The translations under genes and the position numbers were made by a program. Below are positions 1-12,149 of a stretch of DNA of 12,948 bases, in pieces. The DNA comes from Opitutales bacterium (GTDB taxonomy: Bacteria; Verrucomicrobiota; Verrucomicrobiia; Opitutales; JABSRG01). The DNA lies in the NCBI GenBank assembly GCA_049599475.1, contig JBMYOQ010000101.1, positions 1 to 12,948 of the forward strand. The letters are read 5' to 3'. The notes below the pieces were generated by a model, which saw nothing but the letters and a program-made list of their open reading frames with translations, ran no database searches and was not told the origin of the DNA. Numbering within the stretch: position 1 is the stretch's first letter; each line of letters starts with the position of its first letter.

Positions 1-216
1 CGTAGACAAAACCATATAACCATAAAGCTCAATAATTATTCGAACTGGTATAAGAGAAGCTTGTGCGCCATCACCCTCTAAAGATTTGTTCGAGTATTGT
101 GCCGATTTTTATGCGTCTAAGCTATTGAGGCTCATCGTGACGGTATGCTCTGCCTATGTGTTCTGAAACGACCCAAACCCACGAGATCCGGAATTCGGCT
201 CGCTGGATTTGTGGGC

Positions 217-248
217 AAAAAAACCGAGCAACGTGTGAGATGCTCGGT
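217..248 (-). terminator. Intrinsic terminator downstream of the AP2-domain gene
   Basis: Perfect 8-bp stem ACCGAGCA (223-230) / TGCTCGGT (241-248) with a 10-nt loop. The A run at 217-223 reads as a U tract on the minus strand. It begins 13 nt after the stop at 262. Confidence 0.8.
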
Positions 249-261
249 AGTGTCGAAAAAT

Positions 262-762
262 TTATCCGTAATCGATCATGAGCATCTTGCGCTCAAGGAT
301 CGTTTGGTAGGACTTGCGATTGCGAATCCTCCGGAACTTGGCCAATACCTTTTCCTTGTCTTCGCATTCCATTTCGCGCGTCAGAACTGCCAATACAAAG
401 GCATCTTCATCGCTCAAGGTTGCGCTTACATGCCAGGCGATTCCACCTTTGCGGACGCATTCAGGCCAGCGAGCAACCCAAGACCAGTAACCATATTCTT
501 TGCCGCTCTTCTTCGTGACAGATTTGTAAGCCAAGTGCACTCCAACAACTCCGGATGAGTTGCGGCCGGTGTGACGGCCCTTCTCATTCATTATACAAGG
601 AGGGAGTGTTTTCTTTAGCTCTTCTAGCCAGATGCCGGCTTCTTTCTCAGCGTTTTTCCAAGTCTTATATTTGCCAATAGAGAAACTCTTTTGGTACATC
701 TTGCCCTGTCGCATGATGCGTGCGACCATGGCTTTATTTTTCTCGTTTCGCGTAATGTGCAT
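262..762 (-). CDS. Tandem AP2-like domain DNA-binding protein (166 aa, basic)
   Basis: Unit 1 reads VARIMRQGKMYQKSFSIGKY..W..A...A..W, matching the AP2 K-x-F-S-[IV]-x-K-Y pattern followed by a helix. Unit 2 starts RNSSGVVGV (the N-[TS]-S-G-x-x-G-V lead-in of bacterial/phage AP2 domains), then WVARW and an EDAFVLA helix. The protein is K/R rich, co-oriented with gyrA and followed by a terminator. Confidence 0.75.
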   Translation of the reverse strand: MHITRNEKNKAMVARIMRQGKMYQKSFSIGKYKTWKNAEKEAGIWLEELKKTLPPCIMNEKGRHTGRNSSGVVGVHLAYKSVTKKSGKEYGYWSWVARWPECVRKGGIAWHVSATLSDEDAFVLAVLTREMECEDKEKVLAKFRRIRNRKSYQTILERKMLMIDYG

Positions 763-821
763 TGTATCAGATTTTTCGGAAGGAGGTAGTGTTTCGCCTG
801 ATAAGGCAAGGAGTTAATACT

Positions 822-3242
<2,421 letters not shown>

Positions 3243-3310
3243 GACTAAATACTAAATTTTTGATACAGGCGGATGCTCCGGATCTTTGGGTAAAAAGGAA
3301 TTGAGAGAGA

Positions 3311-5947
<2,637 letters not shown>

Positions 5948-5996
5948 TCAATTTGAAACGTTCGGCTAATCTTTGGGCAGGGAGTCGAGCTTTTAT

Positions 5997-6031
5997 AAAA
6001 AAATAAGCCAGAACGTCGTCTGGCCTATTTT
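5997..6031 (-). terminator. Intrinsic terminator-like hairpin between dapF and gyrB
   Basis: The minus strand reads AAAATAGGCCAGA-CGACGT-TCTGGCTTATTTT-TTT: a 13-bp stem with one G-U pair, running into a U tract. It starts about 25 nt after the dapF stop. Confidence 0.65.
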
Positions 6032-6056
6032 CTTAAGATCTATATTTGTAAGAGAA

Positions 6057-6905
6057 TCAAAGTCCCTCGAGGCATTCAAGGTCCAAATGCATGGCGCCGA
6101 CTCGGGTGGTGGGCCCGGTCATCTTGATTTGGAATCCTTCAGCGATTTCAATGAGGAGTTGGCCTCCGGGGGAGTGCACGGTGACTTTTTCGTCTACTAG
6201 GCCTAGCTTGTGAGCAACGGATGCTGCTGCGCTACTGGAGCTACCTGAGGCGAGGGTATATCCTGCGCCGCGTTCCCAGATCTCGATTTGGATATTATTG
6301 CGGTCGAGTACCTTGAGGAACTGTACGTTGGTGCGGTTCGGGAAATTTAGGTGATTTTCGACGATGGGACCGAGTGTGCAGGCTTCTTTCTCAAAAATAT
6401 CCTCCATCGGGAAGACCGCGTGCGGGTTGCCAATCGTCGCGGCGCAGTAGGTGTAGGGCTGGCCATCGAGGATGATTTCTTCGTTGATCACCTCGCGCGG
6501 GTCACCTACCACAGGGATGACGGTGCTATCGAAGGAGACCGCGCCCATTTCGACTTCGATCAGCTTGCCTGCTTTAAATACTTGGCAGTTTACGATCCCG
6601 CCGGGTGTCCACACCGTAAAGGGGGCTTCGGAGACTTTTCCGGTATCATAGAGATAGCGGCAGAAAATGCGCAGACCATTGCCGCTCTTTTCGGCTTCGC
6701 TACCGTCGGGATTGTAGATGCGTAGGCCGAAATCTGCTTCATCTGTTTTAAGCGGTCCGTAAAGAATGCCGTCTGAGCCGAGACCGAAATTTCGGTGGCA
6801 GATGCGCTCAATCTTCTCGGGAGAGAAAATCTCGGGAGCGTTCACTGGATCCAGCACGAGGTAATCATTACCCAGGGCGTGATACTTGACGAATTCTATA
6901 GCCAT
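6057..6905 (-). CDS. dapF: Diaminopimelate epimerase-family protein, Ser/Ser active-site variant
   Basis: DapF motifs FVKYHALGNDY, RNFGLGSDG, IYNPDGSEAEKSGNGLR, IGNPH, FPNRTNVQF, WERGAGYTLASGS and PGG. Both canonical catalytic Cys positions are Ser (S74, S220). Confidence 0.9.
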   Translation of the reverse strand: MAIEFVKYHALGNDYLVLDPVNAPEIFSPEKIERICHRNFGLGSDGILYGPLKTDEADFGLRIYNPDGSEAEKSGNGLRIFCRYLYDTGKVSEAPFTVWTPGGIVNCQVFKAGKLIEVEMGAVSFDSTVIPVVGDPREVINEEIILDGQPYTYCAATIGNPHAVFPMEDIFEKEACTLGPIVENHLNFPNRTNVQFLKVLDRNNIQIEIWERGAGYTLASGSSSSAAASVAHKLGLVDEKVTVHSPGGQLLIEIAEGFQIKMTGPTTRVGAMHLDLECLEGL

Positions 6906-7041
6906 TAAGAATTAAAAGATGAGGTTTTCCTCGAATTCAAATGTAAAAGTCAGATGTCTGCGTGACCCCTGAATGTTACAGCGCCTAGGCCAAAATTTAG
7001 GCAGCCGATGAATGGCGTTAAGGATTAAGGAGGTTGCTTAG

Positions 7042-7135
7042 AGGTAGGGCTGCATCTCCGAGGGAGCCGCAGCGTTCAAGCCGAATTTCAAGCGACAGTG
7101 GCGGCTGCGTGAGGAGTGGACACGCAGCCCTACCT
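7042..7135. repeat. REPIN-like doublet of inverted GTAG-type REP hairpins
   Basis: Left unit AG-GTAG-GGCTGCATCTCCGAGGGAGCC-GC (7042-7070). The right unit on the minus strand is AG-GTAG-GGCTGCGTG-TCCACTCCT-CACGCAGCC-GC (7101-7135), with a perfect 9-bp stem. The outer 12 bp AGGTAGGGCTGC / GCAGCCCTACCT form a perfect inverted repeat. Confidence 0.75.
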
Positions 7136-7167
7136 TTTCGTCATGATTTTGATCCTATTTTATCCCA

Positions 7168-7260
7168 AAGGTCGCGAGTTCGCGTGTCTCATTATGTGTA
7201 GCTGCATTGTTGCTTAGAATTTTGCTTGGCCCCTGTGATATACGCGGACACGCAGCCCTA
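7168..7260. repeat. Degenerate second copy of the same REP doublet
   Basis: GGACACGCAGCCCTA at 7246-7260 is an exact 15-bp direct repeat of 7118-7132. A decayed left partner (GCGTGTC...TGTGTAGCTGC, ~7182-7204) differs from the REP arm mainly by transitions. Confidence 0.5.
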
Positions 7261-7354
7261 TTTTAGATAAGTCTCACAAGTATAGGTGAGCGTGTTTATT
7301 AAAATAGCCCCCTGCGTGCTTTCCATTTCTGAGTTCGCTGTCTAGCCTGCTTGC

Positions 7355-9505
7355 ATGGGCGGAGAGGCGATTGAAGAAACTTTAGTAGGGCTGCATGTTG
7401 ATAGTTCGGGCACCTTGCACACGGCTTGGAGGTCGAGTGCGGGCGTTAGCGCCGAGAGGGAAGATGCCTGGTCGCCGTTTTTATGGAGTCGCTCTGCACT
7501 GGAGTTGACTGACGGAGAGACTGTCGGGCTGGACGGCGCGGGGCCGTGGAAGCATCGCGCTGTATTCGATGATTTCGAAGCATTCAAGGCTGTGAGCAAG
7601 GACGCAGGCTTGAAAGGATCCCTAGAAATTTTGAAGCCCTTTGAGCACCAGATACTCATACAGAAGCAATGGCGTCTGTTTAACGGGCTGGGGTTTGGCG
7701 ATCTGCGGCGCTGTCAGATTGATATTGAGACTGGGTGTGCGACTCCGGGTGGCTTTTCAGATCCCAAGCAAGCGGGTGATCGTGTCTTGGCTATCGGGAT
7801 GAAAATGGGAGACCAGATCGAGCTTATCGAGCTGCAGGAAAATAGCGACGCGGCCGAGCGCGTATTGCTCAAGGAATTTGCTGAAAAGCTCGTGAACTGG
7901 GATCCAGATATCATCGAGGGGCACAATATTTATAAATTCGATCTGAATTACCTTAAAGTGCGCTCGGCACGGTATCGCGTGAAGCCCCAGTGGGGGCGTT
8001 TTGGGGCCCTTGCAGCGACCCGTAACAGCCGTATTCGCATCGCGGAACGCTGGATTGATTTCCCTAGGTGTGAAATTCCGGGTCGTACCGTGTTTGATAC
8101 CTACCTCATGATACAGATCTTCGATCTTACCAAGCGCGATTTACCTGCTTATGGTCTAAAAGATGTAGCGAAGTATTTTGGCATCTCTGGTGTCGACGAG
8201 GATGATCGGACTTACATTGAGGGCTCCGAGATTGCCAATACATTTGAGGCCGACCGCGAGCTATTCCGTGAATACCTGCGCGATGATTTGCGAGAGACTG
8301 AGGCGGTAGCCGATATCCTGCTGCCTACCTATATTGCGCAGACTCAAAATTTTCCCATTTTGCTACAGGAAGCTTCGTTGCGGGGGACGGGTGCTAAGGT
8401 GGATCTGCTCTTCCTGGATAAATACTATCACTTGAACGGTGCGCTTCCGGACCCTGAGGGCGCGGCTCGATTTGAGGGGGCTTTTTCGAAGAGCTTTGAG
8501 ACAGGTGTATATGAAAATGTACTACATTACGATGTCGCCTCACTCTATCCGAGTCTGTTGCTTCTTATCGGTGAGAACCCGAAAGGAGATGATCTGGGCG
8601 TATTCACACCATTATTACAAAATTTAAGAGAGGAGCGCCTCGAATACAAACGCCTTGCAAAGGAGGCTGAGAGTGCGGAAGAGCGTCGAGAATACCATGC
8701 TCGGCAGGCAAGTTTTAAGATTTTGATCAATTCTTTCTATGGCTATTTGGGGTTTGGTGGGGCCCGCTTTGGCGATGGCGATCTGGCCGCCGAAGTGACT
8801 CGCCGGGGGAGAGAGTTACTTCAAGAACTGATTGTGCGCTTTCAAGATGCCGGTGCCACGGTATTAGAGGCGGATACGGACGGTATCTATGTTTCGAGTG
8901 AAGCTTATTATACAGAGCCAGAGTCCCTGCTGGCTCAGGTATCTCAGGAACTTCCCGAGGGCATCAGCTTGGAATTTGATGGAGCCTATGAAGCAATGTT
9001 TTGCTACAAGGCAAAAAATTACGCCCTGCGTGAGGGGGATAAAGTGCGCATCCGGGGATCGGCTTTGCGGTCTCGGGGGATTGAGCCGTTTTTAAAAAAA
9101 TTATCGGATCGCTTGATTCAGTGGGTTCTTGGCTTGCATGAGGAGTCGCCGTTGATACTCGCGGATGCCTTGGAGACTCAAATAAAATCGGGTGATGCAC
9201 CGATCGATTTGTTGGCGAAAAGCGAGTTTTTGAGCCAAAACCCCGAAGCTTACAAGAAACATATTGATGGCGGGGGAAAGCCTCGCCGCGCATCTTTAGA
9301 AGTTGCCTTAAAAATGGAACCCATGCCGAGAATGGGTGAGCGGGTAAGCTATTTCATTGGGCCCAAGGAAAAGGGGCAAACCTCTGATTGGCAGCGGGCT
9401 TTTGCCGTCGATGCGTATGATATGCTGAGTTGCCCCTATGATGCTAAGTATTACATCAAAAAGCTCGGGGACTGGAAGAAGCGGTATGCAGATTTTCTCA
9501 AGTGA
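7355..9505 (+). CDS. polB: Family B DNA polymerase with 3'-5' proofreading exonuclease domain (716 aa)
   Basis: ExoI DIET (D123/E125), ExoII GHNIYKFD (D196), ExoIII YLRDD (Y307/D311). Polymerase motif A YDVASLYPS (D393), motif B KILINSFYG (K455), motif C EADTDG (D507/D509), then KAKNY. The start codon is uncertain by a few residues. Confidence 0.93.
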   Translation: MGGEAIEETLVGLHVDSSGTLHTAWRSSAGVSAEREDAWSPFLWSRSALELTDGETVGLDGAGPWKHRAVFDDFEAFKAVSKDAGLKGSLEILKPFEHQILIQKQWRLFNGLGFGDLRRCQIDIETGCATPGGFSDPKQAGDRVLAIGMKMGDQIELIELQENSDAAERVLLKEFAEKLVNWDPDIIEGHNIYKFDLNYLKVRSARYRVKPQWGRFGALAATRNSRIRIAERWIDFPRCEIPGRTVFDTYLMIQIFDLTKRDLPAYGLKDVAKYFGISGVDEDDRTYIEGSEIANTFEADRELFREYLRDDLRETEAVADILLPTYIAQTQNFPILLQEASLRGTGAKVDLLFLDKYYHLNGALPDPEGAARFEGAFSKSFETGVYENVLHYDVASLYPSLLLLIGENPKGDDLGVFTPLLQNLREERLEYKRLAKEAESAEERREYHARQASFKILINSFYGYLGFGGARFGDGDLAAEVTRRGRELLQELIVRFQDAGATVLEADTDGIYVSSEAYYTEPESLLAQVSQELPEGISLEFDGAYEAMFCYKAKNYALREGDKVRIRGSALRSRGIEPFLKKLSDRLIQWVLGLHEESPLILADALETQIKSGDAPIDLLAKSEFLSQNPEAYKKHIDGGGKPRRASLEVALKMEPMPRMGERVSYFIGPKEKGQTSDWQRAFAVDAYDMLSCPYDAKYYIKKLGDWKKRYADFLK

Positions 9506-9635
9506 GTAGAGTCCGTTAATTGGGTCCTTATACGGTCTTGTCACCTCGGGAATTGTTATACCAAATTTCGAAACGTTTGAGCTGTAAGGGAACCGTTCTC
9601 AGACTGTCTCAAGACTCTGATAAATCTCTATTTAG

Positions 9636-9730
9636 GGTGCGCTCGCTCACCGAACGAGCATGGCTCGACCTTAGTCGCGCAGTCTTTTGGGCTAAAGCGC
9701 TCATGCCGGATACGGTGATCCGGCGCCACC
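9636..9730. repeat. Second-family REPIN-like inverted hairpin doublet
   Basis: Left unit GGTG-C-GCTCGCT-CACCG-AACGAGC-ATG (9636-9662). Right unit on the minus strand GGTGG-C-GCCGGAT-CACCGT-ATCCGGC-ATG (9702-9730). Both share the GGTG lead, the CACCG loop and the ATG tail, with different but self-complementary stems. Confidence 0.6.
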
Positions 9731-10139
9731 ACTTTTTAGACAGTGTCTCCTCGGTTGACCGGGCTCCCTGACGGTGTAAAGAGAACCTCCTGGTTTAGGC
9801 AGAGAGACTGGGAGATTACTTTGGAAGCTTACAAAACGAGCCTCTTGCGGGGCGTTTCCCTGGGTTAATAAATGCGTTCTCAGTCCGATGCGCGCCACCG
9901 TTTACGCCAAAACACCTGGGTGAAAACCCCGGAAATTTGATACTGACTGGTTGGGCTGTGTGAATGCATAGTTAAAAAGTTTATTTAACCTCATTAAAAA
10001 AATATAAAAATCAAAAGTATCGCTCGGGACGTCTCCAATTTTGGGGAGTTGAAATACTGAGGGTTCGTTCACTGGAGCAACTTTTCGGGTCTCCCCAGTT
10101 TTTACCCTGCTTGAACCTCCCTGGATTTATTTTCTTAAG

Positions 10140-12149
10140 ATGTATAGCATTGGCTCATTCAGATACGCGATCCTCGGGGCGGTTGTTTTTTCGCTCCTGG
10201 TGGCCTTTGTTTTGATGGCAAGTGATATTTTCTTCAGGAAAAACCTTGAGGCTGTTGAGGGACTAGAAGCTCGGGTGAATGAGATTGATGAGCGTTTGGA
10301 GTCTATTTCCAAGTTTACGATGAGGACAGGCACAGGGACTGTAGGATACCGCAGTGATCTCTACCACAACGACTCCACGGAGCTTTCCATTTTAATTGAT
10401 TGGGGAGAAAGGAAAAACATTGATGAGGTGATTCTTGTCCCAGTGGTCCATAGAGGCACTGGAGGCAATTATTACCCGAACGGCTTCCCCATTGAATACA
10501 CTATCACCTGCGGCGTGGAGGGCGAGGAGTCCGAAGTGCTCATCGCAAACGTGGGCTCTGAAAGCTTCGATGACGAGCGGATCGCCCCCGTCATTTTTCC
10601 AGTCTCTAAAGGAATGGAGGCATCTTGGCTGCGGATTGATACCACGAAGATTGGCAGGCGGGTAAATAGCATTAGAAACGTGCTTAAAATTGCCGAGATT
10701 TTGGTATTTTCTGGTGATACCAATTTGGCTCTCGGTGCAGATGTCACTGTAGACGAAGAATCTGCGCCATCGTTTGCCTGGAGGAAGGAGTATTTAGTCG
10801 ATGGACATATGCCTTTTCTCATGGACTCGAATCAGGGAGATGGGGGAGAAGAGGTCATCAGTCGGCAGGGGGCTGGGGATCCGCCGACGCTTATCGTGGA
10901 TTTAGGAGAGGTATATACCATTGATCGCATACACCTGCACCCTGTTCAGGTGAATGACACCGTCCCGCGTAATTATGAGCCGCATTTTGGTATTCCTAAA
11001 GCCATGGTAGTTCATGGGGCAAAAAAGCGCTTATTCACCCCGGATGATCGTTTATTTGTTAACCATGTCAGAAACCCTTACCAGGTCGGGCCGATCATGG
11101 GATTCTCTATCGAACCCAGGGAATGCCGGTTTATCAGGTTTGTCGCAGAACGGCCTTATCACACACCGTTCGCCAGGCCGTCTGCAAGTCGCTTTGGGTT
11201 TGTCGAAATTGAGATCTTTTCGGGCGACGAAAATGTCGCCAAAGGGAAAAAGGTCATCAGCAATTTCGACTACGCGTTTAACGTCAAATCCGGAGATGGT
11301 CTGACTGATGGGAAAAACCTATATGGCTCAATTATTCCGATACGCCAATGGGTAAACGAGCTTTCTGAACGCTATTCTCTCGAAGCAGAACTCCCCGAGG
11401 TCCTGGCGACCTTGAATTCTGGATACGCTGGACAACGCCGCTGGGTCGCTATGCTGTGGGTCATTGTAATGGTGCTTGCGCTTGCCGTATTGGTTACGAT
11501 CGGTTCGGTCGAGCTTCTGCGACGTAGGTCTGTTATCAATACACGCAAACGTATTTCAGCAGATTTACACGATGAGTTTGGAGCCAACCTCCACGCGATC
11601 GGATTGTTGAGTGATATTGCCGATTCTCTCGCGGGGAAACCTGAGCAGCAGTCGGAAGTACTCTCTCAGCTCAAGGAGACCACGCGGAAGGCGGGGGAGT
11701 CTTCTAGGTATTTAACCAATATGCTAGAGGCTGAGGAGCTATACGAGGACATCGTCGGCGACATGAAGCATGTCATTAACAAGCTCTTTGCTGATCTAGA
11801 TGCGGAAATTAGCTTTTCAGGAAGTTCCTCGCCCAATGCTCTCGTCACGCGGAGACGTATCGACATTTTCCTGTTTTTCCAAGAAACGCTTACCAATGTA
11901 TTCCGCCATTCAGGAGCTTCAGTGGTTCGGGTTGAAGTTTTTATGGATAAGAAAATTCTCGAAATGACAGTGACTGATAACGGCATCGGAACTGTCCGAG
12001 AAGGCATCGTTTCCACACCGAAATCTTTAAAACGGCGAGCGCGTTATCTGCGAGCCAATCTAGAAGTAACACAACCAGAAGCTGGAGGGACGCGAGTCCG
12101 GCTCAAGTTGCGTTTGAATAAGAACGATATCAAGAAAGTAGACACATGA
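10140..12149 (+). CDS. Membrane sensor histidine kinase (HisKA_3/NarX-like) with discoidin (F5/8 type C)-like extracytoplasmic domains
   Basis: N-terminal TM (ILGAVVFSLLVAFVLM) and a second TM (VAMLWVIVMVLALAVLVTIG). H-box RISADLHDEFG (His477), N-box QETLTNVFRHS, G1 DNGIG and terminal GGTRV. The sensor region contains repeated [IV]D[WL]GE, EI.[VI]FSG and N[LV]A.G motifs. Confidence 0.9.
   Translation: MYSIGSFRYAILGAVVFSLLVAFVLMASDIFFRKNLEAVEGLEARVNEIDERLESISKFTMRTGTGTVGYRSDLYHNDSTELSILIDWGERKNIDEVILVPVVHRGTGGNYYPNGFPIEYTITCGVEGEESEVLIANVGSESFDDERIAPVIFPVSKGMEASWLRIDTTKIGRRVNSIRNVLKIAEILVFSGDTNLALGADVTVDEESAPSFAWRKEYLVDGHMPFLMDSNQGDGGEEVISRQGAGDPPTLIVDLGEVYTIDRIHLHPVQVNDTVPRNYEPHFGIPKAMVVHGAKKRLFTPDDRLFVNHVRNPYQVGPIMGFSIEPRECRFIRFVAERPYHTPFARPSASRFGFVEIEIFSGDENVAKGKKVISNFDYAFNVKSGDGLTDGKNLYGSIIPIRQWVNELSERYSLEAELPEVLATLNSGYAGQRRWVAMLWVIVMVLALAVLVTIGSVELLRRRSVINTRKRISADLHDEFGANLHAIGLLSDIADSLAGKPEQQSEVLSQLKETTRKAGESSRYLTNMLEAEELYEDIVGDMKHVINKLFADLDAEISFSGSSSPNALVTRRRIDIFLFFQETLTNVFRHSGASVVRVEVFMDKKILEMTVTDNGIGTVREGIVSTPKSLKRRARYLRANLEVTQPEAGGTRVRLKLRLNKNDIKKVDT

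Noticed and set aside
1..135. Possible gene fragment at the left edge (plus frame open 1-81; short minus-strand frames)
   Set aside because: Too short and without recognisable similarity, so the strand and coding status cannot be determined.
178..215. Imperfect hairpin CCCACGAGATCC...GGATTTGTGGG next to the terminator
   Set aside because: It needs a bulge and G-U pairs, has no U tract on the strand where it pairs best, and has no second copy in the window.
145..558. 137-aa plus-strand ORF
   Set aside because: It is antisense to the AP2-domain gene, runs through that gene's terminator and has no motifs.
7293..7306. TGTTT-ATTA-AAATA upstream of polB as a possible Verrucomicrobia-type LexA box (TGTTC-N4-GAACA)
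   Set aside because: Three of ten consensus positions mismatch in an AT-rich context. A position-weight-matrix scan would be needed to support it.
6906..7354. CRISPR array or tRNA in the intergenic regions
   Set aside because: The repeats are inverted, few and degenerate, without regular spacers. No cloverleaf or T-loop signature was seen.
7385..7396. GTAGGGCTGCAT in the polB 5' end, identical to the REP start at 7044-7055
   Set aside because: No complementary hairpin arm follows, and it encodes a plausible beta-strand (VGLH), so it is most likely coincidence.
7042..9748. polB as cargo of a self-synthesising mobile element (casposon or pipolin-like) bounded by the flanking repeats
   Set aside because: The left and right repeats belong to different families and are not terminal inverted repeats of each other. 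There is no integrase, Cas1 or target-site duplication, and no protein-primed PolB signature was recognised.
9520..9898. Short ORFs 9520-9771 (+) and 9701-9898 (-)
   Set aside because: They overlap the repeat elements, use non-ATG starts and show no protein motifs.
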